Origin: Trichosphaerium sp. ATCC 40318
Lineage: Eukaryota > Protista > Tubulinea
DNA length: 64,000 nt
Direction of reading: 5' to 3'
Assembly (NCBI GenBank): GCA_038496445.1
Contig: JALMLS010000376.1
Location: forward strand, 682,001-746,000
Shown here: in pieces, positions 49,346 to 61,768 of the stretch
Layout of the letters: each line of letters opens with the position of its first letter
Position numbering within the stretch: the stretch's first letter is position 1
Position numbers and translations under genes: made by a program
Notes under the pieces: model-generated
What the model saw: only the letters and a program-made list of their open reading frames with translations
Databases searched by the model: none
Told to the model about the DNA's origin: nothing

Positions 49346-51821
49346 ATGGAGGATATTGGCCTAAATACCCTGCAAGAGCTTGTAAATGATGCAGAGGCAC
49401 TACTCAAAGATGGAGATATAGACGCAGCGAAGATCAAAGCCAATTACGCTTTAAGCGTTATAAAAGGTCTGTCAAATGTGCTATGTCGCTGCTTATCTTA
49501 GTTTCCTAAAGGTACAAGAACACAAGAGTCACAATTTGAAACAGAGGCAGTAAATGAACTAGAAACAGCGCTTTTACAAGTTATAAACTCTATTGCTCTA
49601 AAAATGGCTGAAAGAAAACCTAGAAAACGCAGTACACCCGATAGCGTAGCAGGAAAGGCTTCCAAGTCCACACCGACGTTGCTAGGTGTCAAACACGTAA
49701 AATTAATATCAGAAGCTATATTGAACGTGTTAGCGCGAATGCCACACCTTCTAAACCGCGTAAATGCTGGTATGAAGTTTAAAGTGAAAAACGTGGTACA
49801 AACGTTAGAGTGTATTTACGCTCCATTAATCGATTTGGATCGTTCTCTACTGGTTATCAGCATTTACGATGACAGATTAAGTACATCGTATTGTGGCTGG
49901 TACGTGGTTTTTATTTTTTTGCGATAGCACGCTCGAAACTACCCCTTTTGCCTTTGTCTAAGAGCTATAAAGGGATATGTGGATATATTGGCTTATGGGT
50001 CAACTAATAAAGCTCGAAACGCTCTCAAAGGGTAGAAACGTGCTTGGTATTGCGTGGAATGTATCAAAAGAGTTAACAGGAATTCAAGCAATGTTGGATG
50101 TTCTCATGGTTTGTTCTTTTTAAAGCGTTTTGTGCTTTAATACATGTTTATTTACTATTTAGCGTGCCCAAATCAAGTGCCTAGAATTCAAAAAGAAAGG
50201 ACCCACTTTACTATCTGCAGAAGAAATTGAGAAACTAGCTGAAGAAAAAATAGACCCTCTTTTTTGGAGTCAGGCACGTGATTTAGTTCGTTTGAGGTAG
50301 GCTTCCAGAGTGTTAATTTTTGTTTGAATGAATAGGATTCGGGTGTTATGAGGTTTGGTAGTATCTTACAAATACTGCAATCATCATTGACTGCACCTGG
50401 TGTTGGTATTGATGGCATCATTGGGAGTGTTAGGAATGGATTGAGAACTTCACTATCGAGCAGGGCAAGAAAACAAGTTAGCGAAGAGGTATTTTTTTCC
50501 TTTCTTCTGCGTCGCCATGTGCGCTGGAAGTCCATATATCTACGAAAGCCTCACAACTTATTAATCACGTGGTTTTTAGGCTATAACGAATAAGACTGAG
50601 GAAGCAGTTTTAAGGGCAAAAAGAAATTTTGTTTATACTTTTTATTGGTGCTTACTGCTTTGTGTTAGGTCTGGAATTTCGCTGAACACCCTCTAGTTAG
50701 TAAGTTTATTATATTACTCAAACCTTTGATAAAGGTACGTTAACTGGAAACGATTTTCAGTAGGGTGTTATTGACTTTTTTGTTCTAGCATAGTATGAGC
50801 TTTTATCCTCTTGGACAAGATGGACCGAGGTGTAAGTTTCTTCATGCAGGTATAAAGGGTTGATTTTGTATCCATAAACGTTAACAAGAATTAAAGGAGC
50901 GCGTTATCCTCGTCTACGACCAGGAAATAAAGTGACTCCAGTTGGATCAATTCCTGTTGTTCTTCATTTCCATGGAGGTGGTTTTGTTTCGGGAGCACCT
51001 GAGTCTCATGAGGTACGCCACAGTGGGCTTTATTTGGATAAATTTTTTACCCTAATTGTCTCCCAAAGGTGTATACACGTCATTGGGCAAAAGGTGCTGG
51101 TTGTCTAGTTATTAGTGTTGATTATACTCTTGCTCCAAAGAAAAAGTACCCTACTCAAACAAATGAGTGCTATGATGTATATAAGTGGGTCACAAACAAA
51201 ATGAAGCATGAATTTGGTAAGCCGCAATACGTTAAGTCATCTAATTTTTTTTCGTAAGGTGTCACACCGAAGCGGATTATCTTGGCTGGTGACAGCGCTG
51301 GAGGAAATCTTGCTGTTTCTGTTGCTCTTAAGGCTTTACAGGATGATATTAGACCGGTTGATGGTTTATTACTTTCTTATCCTGTATTGAACCTTACTGA
51401 TACTGCAACGAGTTCCAAGGCTATTTATAAAGATGATATTTTATTGTCAATGCATGTTTTACAAACTGTCAAACGACTCTACTTGTCTCACCCTGATGAT
51501 GCTAATGAAGGCCTTTGTTCACCTGCTTTTGCTAGCGATAGCTTGCTTTTAAGGCTACCAAAGAACATACATATTTTCTCTGCTGGTATAGACCCATTAC
51601 TTGATGACACTTATGAGTTTGTTCACAAAATGCGTAAACTTGGATTCACAGAAAGTCAAGTGACACAGAGGATTTTTCCTTCTTTACCACATGGATTCTT
51701 TAATATGGTTGATATACCGCAAGCTAGAGAAGCTTGTAGAATATCTGTAAAGGTTCTAAAAGAGATGATTGCATCAGAAAGTACAAAAGACACGAAAAAG
51801 AAAAACAGGAAAAGCCAATAA
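49346..51821 (+). CDS. Hormone-sensitive-lipase-family alpha/beta hydrolase
   Basis: HFHGGGFV, VDYTLAP..YP, GDSAGGNL, DPLLDD, LPHGF. Confidence 0.9.
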
Positions 51822-52067
51822 ATAAAACTCAACTTTGAGTTGCATAAATTAGTATATCTCTTCATGTGATCGTTGTTTACTATCAATGAATCAACAAGGC
51901 AGTTTTAGTAGAATACTATCGGTGCGTTGTCGAATTGTATTGTATTCATGAAATCTATTAATAAGTTTTGTTTTTTTATGAAATTTATTTTTGTGTTTAG
52001 TCTAAAAGTCGTTTCACCGTTTAAACAAAATTATAATTTTGTCTTTAAGAAGTAACATCTGCATAAA

Positions 52068-53475
52068 ATGACATCGCCAACAAACACGCCTAACATTACC
52101 GTAAAGCACGAAGTTGCTAGTGTACGCTAAAAGGCTTGTTCTGTCGTAAATTTCGCTTACGCTTCAATAGGAGCTTATGGAGCCTTACAGATATATTGAA
52201 GAGCGATCAGGCAAAGGCATGAGGGCGAAATTGATAGATGCCTTCAACTGGTGGCTAAAGGTTCCTGAACCCGTTTTATCGGAGATTAAAGGAGTCATAG
52301 ATCTATTACACAACGCTAGTTTGTTGTACGCGCGCGTTAGAGAAAAGTAGGTTTAAATTGACGCTTTGTAGAATTGACGACATAGAAGACAACTCTACTC
52401 TTCGTAGAGGCATTCCAGTAGCGCATGCGATCTTTGGCGTGCCAAACACCATAAATACATCAAACTACATTTATTTCCTCTCTATGCAGCGGTGTACAAA
52501 CTTAGGTAGCCCTGAAGCCGTCGCCGTATTCATTGGTACGAAATAGAATTTACCAGTGAGTCCTATACACTACAAGACTATCTTTCATCGCACTAAAGTA
52601 CTTACATCGCTCTATAGAAGAATTGTTGAATCTGCATCGTGGTCAGGGTTGGGATATCCTTTGGCGTGATAACAATGACTGTCCTACAGAAGAACAGTAC
52701 AAGCAAATGGTGATTGACAGTACGTAAACGTTTCAGACGTAATTTCAAACGTTTTTTCAAATAATGTTTCTTTTTCATCCGAAATCGCAGTCTAAGGTCA
52801 TTAATACGGTGTCTGACTATTCTAAATAGAAACGGGAGGTCTTTTTCGACTAGGAACACGTATTTTACAGTGTTTTAGTGAGGATAAAACGTAAGAGAGA
52901 TTTTACCTTTTATTTTGTTTTTGAATTTCTGCATTATTTTTTTATTGACACTTTGTTTTAGCGATTATATTCCTCTACTTAATAAGTTGGGACTTTTCTA
53001 TCAGATAAGAGATGATTATATTAATTTACAATCTGAAAAGTATCATGAGAATAAGTCATTTGCAGAAGGTACGTCAAGAAACATTTCTCTTTGACAAAGA
53101 AAACACAATGTCATTTTTTAGTTTTTTTTTCTTTTGACATGTCCTGACTGTTAATTATTACATGCTTTGTTTCTTGTACGGTATCCTTCCTTACTTGTTA
53201 TAGATTTGACTGAAGGAAAATTTTCTTTCCCTATCATTCACTGTATTCATAAAAACCCTAATGATCATCGATTGTTAAATATTCTTAAAAGAAAACCAAC
53301 AGACCCTGACGTCAAAAAACATGCAATTGCTTTTATGGCTAAAAACGGTTCATTTGAGTATACTGAACGTGTTCTTGATGAATTAAAGTCTGAAATATTT
53401 GCTATTCTTAAGGAATTGGGTGGTAACGATCAAGTTGTTGCTATAATTGATTATTTGGAAAAGCACCTCATTTAA
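52068..53475 (+). CDS. GGPS1: Geranylgeranyl pyrophosphate synthase
   Basis: [69 protein letters not shown]. Confidence 0.96.
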
Positions 53476-53802
53476 CGAAAATGCACAAAAAAAAACCAAA
53501 TCAGCACCCTTGTATAAAATGTAATAAACAATTGTCATTTGTATCTACACTTTTCAAAAGGAGTATCCCTTGTTGTATCCTAACCCATCTGTAATGTTTT
53601 CACAGAAACCAACAGATAGCACATGCTTGTTAGTGATCTTACACTTTTGTCTGTAATTTTACATCCAACAAGCTGTATCTTGTATACACTACCTGAAATG
53701 GCAATAACACCTTTGTTACTGATATTCTGAAGTGGATGAACTAAAGGTCTTGACCTCGGCGGAATCCGTTACTAAAATTCTGTATTTGTTTCAAACGCCC
53801 AG

Positions 53803-55525
53803 ATGAGTATTCTAATGTTACCTAATGAGCTTCTGTATAATATTTGTACACTGTACCTTGGTGGTAAAGAGATTATGAGCCTTGGAAATGTTTGCAGGCA
53901 ATTAAGCGTGTTTGCAGATTCTGAAGCTATATGGCATTACCAATACTGCCAAATCGCGTTTGGTAACTTTATACGATGTCAAGTAACGTTTTGTAAATTT
54001 TTTTGCTCAAACTAACGCGAACCGCAGCGTCAGTCCAATACAGTGCCATGGAAGCAGCGATGGGTCCAAGTTTACAACGTTTTACACAGGTAAAGAGTTT
54101 CGCGCAGTAAACAGGCTTTACTGCCCTTATTCTACGTAATCTAACTCTAAATCAGGAAAACAATCAAAAAGCAAAGTTGTAATACCGTTTCAAGCAGAGT
54201 ACGAGCACTTGTACGCTACGACATAATAGATAACTCAGTAATGGAAATCAGCGTACTCGCTTGTTTCCAAGTCGAACTTCTAACGCATCTCTTGTCTAGG
54301 TTTTTCTTCACCATAACCTCCATTTGATGAATCCAGATTCCCTTGGAAGATACTTTAGCTTTGGTGCAAGCCTTGAGACTATACAAAAATGGTTATCATT
54401 GTTTGATTGGAATGGAAAATCCCTTGAAATTTCTTTTAGGTACAATTTTAATCACATAGCAAAAAAAATTCGATTTGTGGCTTCTCACAATAACGAACTG
54501 TGTCAAAACATTTTGGACTGTACTTCCTCAATTTCATTATTAACCTGGCAGAAAAATGCAGCTGTTAAAACCGGCTGCTAGCGACAAAAAAATTACTTTT
54601 TTTTTTTGAATTGTTGTTCTGATTGGTTGGCTTGTAGATCTTTTTTAGCGAATATACAGTTCCCTTACACAAAAAGAACCATGGAGAAATTAATACATGC
54701 ATTTGCAGCTGAATACGTCGCACAAAATAAAGTTGGAAGTCATGAGCCTCCGTTGTATCAAATATTCACTTCTTGTCTATATTTTTGCAAGGTACGTAAT
54801 TAAGTACATTTTCGACATGTACAAGTAGGTAATTAGCGCCTATTGGGCAAAGACATGTCCACAATTCTTATTTTATTCCTATGTTAAAGTGTCAAACTAG
54901 CACTGTGACATTTATGATTTTTTTAGGTCTCTCAATGTAGGCGTATACACCCTGACCTTGTAAGCCAAAACAGAAATATTAGGCAGAGATTTCTTCGGAC
55001 TACATTCCTTGGAGACGTCGAAAAGGCAATAATTCTCGAATCAATAGGAAATTCTGATTTTCGGACATACGACTTTGCTTACAAATCTTTTTCTGGGAAA
55101 GTATTATATGCTACAAACATGGATGGTTTTGATATGTTAGAGGGTATTGAATCACCACTGGAAGGTAAAACCGTCATTTCAAACGCCCATACATTAAAAA
55201 AAATAGGTCACCTAGAAATTAGTGATGGTATATTTCGACTTGCTCCAGTACAAGTATGTATCAACTAACTTCATTTTACGATTCCACAGTAATTTACTAA
55301 CGAGCTGTGAAGACAGATAGGACATTTGAGATTGTACCAGAAGAACGAAAGTGCTCGCTTATTCAGAGTTACGAGCAAGTTCGTTTTTTACATCAAACAC
55401 ACGGATGGTTCTTGACTATTATACTACCGGAAGATTTTAATAATGTCAAGAGTACAGCGATTATAACTGCTTTTGAATGGCAGATATGGAAAAAGCAAAT
55501 AGAAAGTTGCAGGGTTGTAAAATAG
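53803..55525 (+). CDS. F-box + degenerate Sec7-like domain protein (FBXO8-like architecture)
   Basis: F-box ILMLPNELLYNIC.YL..EIMSL..VCRQL. Sec7-like LGRYF...FDWNGKSLEISFRSFLANIQFP...MEKLIHAFAAEY. Confidence 0.65.
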
Positions 55526-55902
55526 AAGCAAGGAAAAAAAATATTAGTTCAAACAAGTGTTTTTCTTTGCGTTTTTTCGTGCTATTTATTTGGTTATTTT
55601 TGCGCTTTGTTTTCGCGCCAAAATGGTTTCAAAGCCACAAAACTCTCCGGGCTATGTTGTTAACCTTTGCTTTAACCTTCTCAGAATAGCTACTTAATTT
55701 TGGGGTTCCTTCAATAAATCAACGTTAAAGAATTTACCTATTTTCATTTTTTTGAAGCCGCCTTCGCCCACTGCACGTTTTACTTTATTCTACATGCAAC
55801 TTCTAAACCACAATTTTTTTTTTACAACAACAGCATTGTTTAAAAGTCTTGTTTTCCATAAAACTAATGCAGTGCAGGGACTAAACCCTGTACTTGCACT
55901 TT

Positions 55903-56163
55903 AAAAGTCCTGTATTCTATCTACTTATTCATCAGGCGATCAAGTCCTCCAACTCTGAGGCAACCTTTCTAAAAGTCCTTTTCTTTACAAGGCAAAAGTC
56001 CTATTCTTGTAGGCACTCTACTAAAAGTCCTTTTCTTTACAAGGCGAAAGTCCTACTCTTCTTTACGTAGGCATTATCTAAAAGTCCTACTCTACTTATG
56101 TAGGCACTCTCCATAAAAAGTCCTATTCTATGAGGCAAAAGTCCTGCTCTTCTTTACGCAGGC
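55903..56163. repeat. Tandem array of nine hairpin units AAAAGT-CCT-N-(variable loop)-N'-AGG-C
   Basis: Units begin at 55903, 55942, 55971, 55994, 56023, 56047, 56080, 56116 and 56137. Stems show compensatory changes. Confidence 0.85.
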
Positions 56164-56410
56164 ACTTAAAAAAAAGAAGCTTGCTTTCAACTTAGAAAGG
56201 GAACTTCGGGCACATTGTGGCACGAACTCCTGGGAAGCTTGTTTTGTTCTTTTGTAAAGACCCATGACGTTCGAACTGAGTACAGTACATCAGTGAGAAT
56301 AAGTGTCACACATAGAAACGGAGTACTTTTGTCCTCTTGCTTTGGTCATTGTTGTATTTTATACCAGGGAAGGTAAATCAATTAATAGCTGGTTAGGTTT
56401 GTTTATTGAT

Positions 56411-56930
56411 TTAGAATCGTGTCATATACTGTCGCAGTTTGTGATGCTTTATTTTCCAAGAACTTCCTTTTTTAATCATTGTGTAGAACCGCCGCTGCGT
56501 TGCAGCTAATTCTCCATTCACTTTTACGTGCCTTCACAAAAAAGAGTTAATATAAGAGAAATGAGATTTGTACGGGTACCCCAAACTATAGCATTCTGCT
56601 TTGGCAATCTGCTTGCCATCACAACTTTCCTGCCAAACAACAAGATTCGAAATGCTTAGGTACAATATTAGATTCAATAGCGACTGTTATTATAACGCAC
56701 GTGTGCATAAATCCTCCGTATACTGTAGTTCCTAATAGTATATACTTATCAAAACTATCTTGGTTGAACTCTTTGTTATATGCATGTATAGACACATCGT
56801 CATCAAAATAAGTCTTAAACTCATCCCATTTTTTGTCATCCCATGCGTAATTAGCTCTAAAAATAATAGCACGAATTGCTTCAATATCTTCAGGTGGAAG
56901 AGCGCTAGCCATTATTTTTCCTGCCAGCAC
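56411..56930 (-). CDS. SnoaL-like / NTF2-fold protein
   Basis: EDIEAIRAIIFRANYAWDDKKWDEFKTYFDDD, HTISNLVV..AKAECY, WKIKH. Two introns. AATAAA follows the stop. Confidence 0.8.
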
Positions 56931-57419
56931 TTGCTGAAATGCATGTGTACGTCAATTTATCAATTTTATTTCCACCAATCATTTAGGACTTGAATTCAAC
57001 CTTCACATTCAATCACCCATTGACTCTGTGTTCCTAGTTTACTGCACAAACTTACAAAGCATGAGGATATTACACAAACCAACGATTAAGAACTTATGTG
57101 GCTCACGTTTGGTTAAGGCAGTGTTCAATGTAGCGGGAAATAGCGTTAAACTGCAATAATGAAACGCAAGCGAACTACAAAGAGTGCTAAGAGCAATCGA
57201 TTCGCTTATAACCAAGAAACGGTACGTCATTGATTTAGGTTGCTCCTGTTCGTTCCAAGCACTCAAAAAACGGTTTTGAGCGCTATTTCATTATTATAGG
57301 TGTTCTTCGAATACAACATTTTTTCAAACCCTTTACGTGTAACATACAAGCATGCTAATACACTCCTAGAGTGTATCATATGGCGCCAAAACAGATGTTG
57401 GTGTACGTTTACTTACTAC

Positions 57420-59129
57420 ATGTCAAAAACCATCAAACATGCTCAATCACGCGTCGTAGTGGTTAATATTCAACTTGCTTTTAAGAAAGATTGGTTTTCG
57501 GTTGTTGTTGCGCAACTGTTTTGTTTAACCATCCTTTTATACGTACCTAGCGTCAGAATATTGATTTTTGGCTGTAGGGAAAGTACGGAGATAACAACCA
57601 AGACGATTTCTTCGTTGATTCGTTTTTGACACCATCGGGCTACATACACCTTTTTGGAGTTTTTGATGGTACAACAGCATTGGCCATATATTAGTTATTG
57701 TAGTACTCACATTATTGAAAAAGGACATGGCCCACATGGTGAAACAGCATCTAAAATAGCAAGACAGGTAAAGTTTTCTTTTTTTCTTCTTTTATCCATT
57801 TCATCCATCACGGCGGACACTTGTAAACAAAAATCGTCTCTTGAGCTGCTATGCAAAGCCACCAAAAATATACTTAAATGGATTTATGCGATGGTGTAGG
57901 CATGTGACATTCATGTCTTGTTTTATTTTGAATTTTTATTTCCATGATCTTTTACTTTTCTTTCATTAACGTTTATGTAGCAATTATTTCAGCGTTTACG
58001 ACCAGCTTTGATGAGAAACCATAGACCAACTAGAAGGCAATTATCACATATTCTAACTGAGGTGTTCAAACAAACACACCAGGTAAGCTGCAAAACAAAT
58101 AAAAATACTAATATTACTGTGAGGCAATCATCGCAATTTATCCAACCTTGACAACGTATCAACTACCTAATGGAACTTGTTATAAACGGTATAATTTGGA
58201 GAAATCAGGATCCATTTTTATGTATAAAGACAAATACAATAAGAAGGAGCAACCAAAGTTGCACGAGTTTGGTAAACATTTATTTCACTTCATTTTTTTT
58301 TCTTCTTTTTTTCGTGTTTTTTCTTGTTCTTGTACTTATGTTAATTTATAAATAGGTACCACTGCAGTAGTTACAATATATTTTGAAAATAAAAAGACAC
58401 TTGTTACAGCAAGTGTTGGAGACTCTTATGGCGTTGTTGGTCGTTTTGAAAAGAGAAAAGTCTTTTATCAAATGTTGAACCCTAGTGATGGTTTAGATCA
58501 TATAGGACTTCCTAGTGAACGTGACAGGATAAGAAGTAAAACGTACGGTTATATTAGAAACATAAAAAGGAAGCTGGTGCTTCGTTCTTTGTAAACGAAT
58601 GAATTCTCATTTTGATTTAGACCTGGCAAAATACAAGGTCGCTACTTGCTTGGTACACACCCGATTTGTGGTACTATAAGGCTAGCGATGACTAGATCAC
58701 TTGGCCATATGTTTATGCAAACAAATGGTGTCATTTGGGAGCCACATATAACATATCTAAGCGTAGGAGAAAAGGATAACACTTTGAGTACGTAATCCTA
58801 TCTTTTCAATGTTATGCTAATTTTTTTTGTTAAGTTTTGGGTTCTGATGGTCTATGGGATGTTGTTACAAGAGAGGATGCAGTTAAAAAATGTCTAAAAA
58901 TGAGTGATACAGACAAAGCAGCACAAAACCTTATTAAGGATGCACTTGAAGGGTACGTCAATAGTCAAAAAAGCTTTTCTACTACCTTTTTGTCGAAATC
59001 ATTCTTGTTCGCTTATCACAATGTCAAAGATGGGAAAGGACTGCAGCGCGATGGGGAACCGACAAAAAAAGGACTGCAGATAATATCACAGTCATTGTAG
59101 CGCGTCTAGATGCTATGGTACAAAAGTAA
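57420..59129 (+). CDS. PP2C/PPM-family protein phosphatase
   Basis: NQDDF, GVFDGHG, GTTAVV, ASVGDS, LAMTRSLGH, LGSDGLWD, ADNITVIV. Confidence 0.9.
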
Positions 59130-59632
59130 TAGCAAAGACAGCCATTCAACATAAAAAAAGAAAGTACTCCATCAGAGGGCAGCACAACAACAAAAAAATG
59201 CACGTGCTTGTAAACATATGTAAATATATGCATTTTTTTTTTGGCTGCCAAAAACTTCTTGGAAGTGCTTCTCCATCATCACGAATTCGCACGTCAATTA
59301 ATGTCATAAAATACGTGAATACAGTCTTGTCCGTTATTGCTGTTAACAACCTGAACGCTCATCTTAGCATAAGGAAAATGGTTACGAAGGAAGTACCTAT
59401 ATTTGACCAAACTTGTAGGTTTTAGATGGGTTCTCAGATAGCATAGAAAAGTACTGTGGTCGATGAGTAGGATGTATGCACGCTGGTTCACCGGATAATT
59501 ACCATCCTGTATATTTATGACATGATTCACGTGCGATATCGGGATTCCACTTGACCCGTCGCACCTCAAATTTTCGAGAACAATACCGCCGGGTTTAAAA
59601 TCAAATTAACTTTAAACCTGCATTAAACCACC

Positions 59633-61073
59633 ATGCAAGCTGATAATACAGCACCTCATCCTTCTGTAACAGCAGATACACATGTTCCGAGTATGTAAAA
59701 AGAAGACACGTGCCCACGGGTAACACAAACTTTGTTTTAGAAACGAATTTCGCTGTAAATCTTGCTCCTGGCGATGAAACACATATTTCTTTAGAAATGA
59801 ACTCTACTACTGAGAATTCTGATGTACAGCTTTCTAATGGGTACGTATAAATATTTTATAGCGTTATCGTTATGCCTAGTTCCGTTTTATTTGGCAAATC
59901 AAAATGTTTGTTTTTTTTGTTTACAATTTTATTGTTCTAGCGATGAAAATAGTGATGTTGATACAACGCAACAACCAAAAGCTGTACCTGTTATCGAAGA
60001 TGATTTTAATGCTTTTTATAATGGCTTTATGGGTATGCCTTTATCGTTAAAAGTGCATTTGATAGTGGTATCCTTGGTTTGTCTTATTGTATTCTTTGGT
60101 AAGTACATCTCTTTTCTTGGGTATTCCCCATTTTTGTTTTTATCGATAAAAATAACAGACAGTCGCCGTTTTTGTTCACTTTACCACCACTATACGCTCC
60201 TATTAACGTAGGGAAACCGTTTTTAACAGCGGGTGAACCGTTATTCTTTTTTGTGGAGCAGAACTGACTTTATTGTAGTATGGCGTTACACAACACGTGG
60301 TTATTGGTGGTGGATATACCCGCTTTTTTTCGCCATATTGACCTTCACGACCCATTACTTTATCCGTGTTAAAAGATACGTAGCATGCGCTATAACAGCT
60401 CTATGTATCATAAACATTGCTTGTGTGATAACATGGGGAATTACCCAACCAGGTACAACAGGTTTAGCCGGATACCTATACCTATAACTTGTTTTGTTTG
60501 ATTCACAAAAAAACCCTAAACTTTCTTGTAGATAGTGGCTATTACTTTCCGTGGTTCCTATATCCTATGCATGTTAGCGGTGTGATACTAACCGTAGGAT
60601 ATTATACCTTAAAGCATAGAGAGAAGCTACTTGAGATGTTCTGGCACCTTGTTTGGCAGTTTGCTTTACTTCTTTTCGTATCATGGACATTGTCAAAGAC
60701 TCATCATCCTTACTTCTTCTACCCTTCTTCTGTTGCCCTTGCCATATACCTTATAGTCTATATGGCTATAAGATATAAGGAGACACGTGCGTGGGTATAC
60801 CTTTTGATTGTATGTACGACAATCAACAGTATCGTACGTCCATAAAGTGCCAGCTGGTTCTAATAGTTTTTTCTTTTCAGGTGTTTGTAATTTGGGGTTT
60901 TACAGGAAGCAAAGTCCCATGGTTTCTCTTCCCCTTGGTACGAACTTGACACTTATGGTATATTTTCTTGTTTTAATATTTATATGTAGATACCTTTGAC
61001 AGGTCTTGTTGTTTTGGCGTATGCAATTTCTAGCAATTGGATAAAATGCACGTGCTGCGCAGATAAAAAATAG
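59633..61073 (+). CDS. Multipass membrane protein with repeated two-helix W/F-x-x-P units
   Basis: Hydrophobic segments with WWWIYP, PWFLYP, PYFFYP and PWFLFP motifs. Multi-exon. Confidence 0.65.
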
Positions 61074-61501
61074 TAAATAATAAATAAATACTTATATGTA
61101 CACATGCGATTATTTAAAAGTACGGCATCGACAAGGTATATCTTTCTGGTAAACTTGAAATCATTGTGACTAAACCTACCAAGTACATTGTAGGAGCTTG
61201 GACTCGTTTATAGAATCCACGCTAATCCTAATATGATTTAGTGCATCCTCATTGAGAGCTTCAGGTACAAGTTTGTATTGAAACCATTCACATGTGCTTT
61301 AACGCTATACATAATGCCACGAAACTATGAGCCTGTACTTCTACCAACAAGTGCGGTACAAACCCGACAACTCAGCCCTGAGTCCTCCACCTATGTATGC
61401 AAGCTCTCGGGTTTTCATTGAAAAAAAGGACCGAGTCTCTACTTTTATTTGCTTGGCACTTGTTTGATAGAAATTAATAGTTTGCCAAAAAGTTACAAGC
61501 A

Positions 61502-61768
61502 ATGCCTCTCAAGGTTGGAGATAAAGTAGAGGCAATCTTTAATAATAATGCGTTTAAGAAGTATCAACCGGGTACTATCAGGTCCTTACGCAAAGGTTTA
61601 CCCCCTGGGACCGGTGGAAACTACCTTGGTGCGGAAACAAACATGGTATTTTGGATGTTAACTGGAGGATGGCTGTGGGCACCAAAGAAGGTATTTTATG
61701 ACATAGACTATGATAACGGAAGGTCAGAAAAGAATGTGCCAGCAAAAATGGTCAGAAAAATCAAATAA
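61502..61768 (+). CDS. Small intronless Tudor/Agenet-like protein
   Basis: LKVGDKVEA..YQPGTI...YDIDYDNGRSEKNV...VR. Confidence 0.6.
   Translation: MPLKVGDKVEAIFNNNAFKKYQPGTIRSLRKGLPPGTGGNYLGAETNMVFWMLTGGWLWAPKKVFYDIDYDNGRSEKNVPAKMVRKIK

Noticed and set aside
55903-56163. CRISPR array
   Set aside because: The conserved parts are only about 9+4 nt, the variable parts are short, related to each other and lie inside the hairpin, there are no cas genes, and the context is eukaryotic.
56215-56280. tRNA or SRP RNA suggested by GTTCGAAC and CCAGGAGTTC
   Set aside because: No cloverleaf, A-box or SRP helix 8 motif recognisable.
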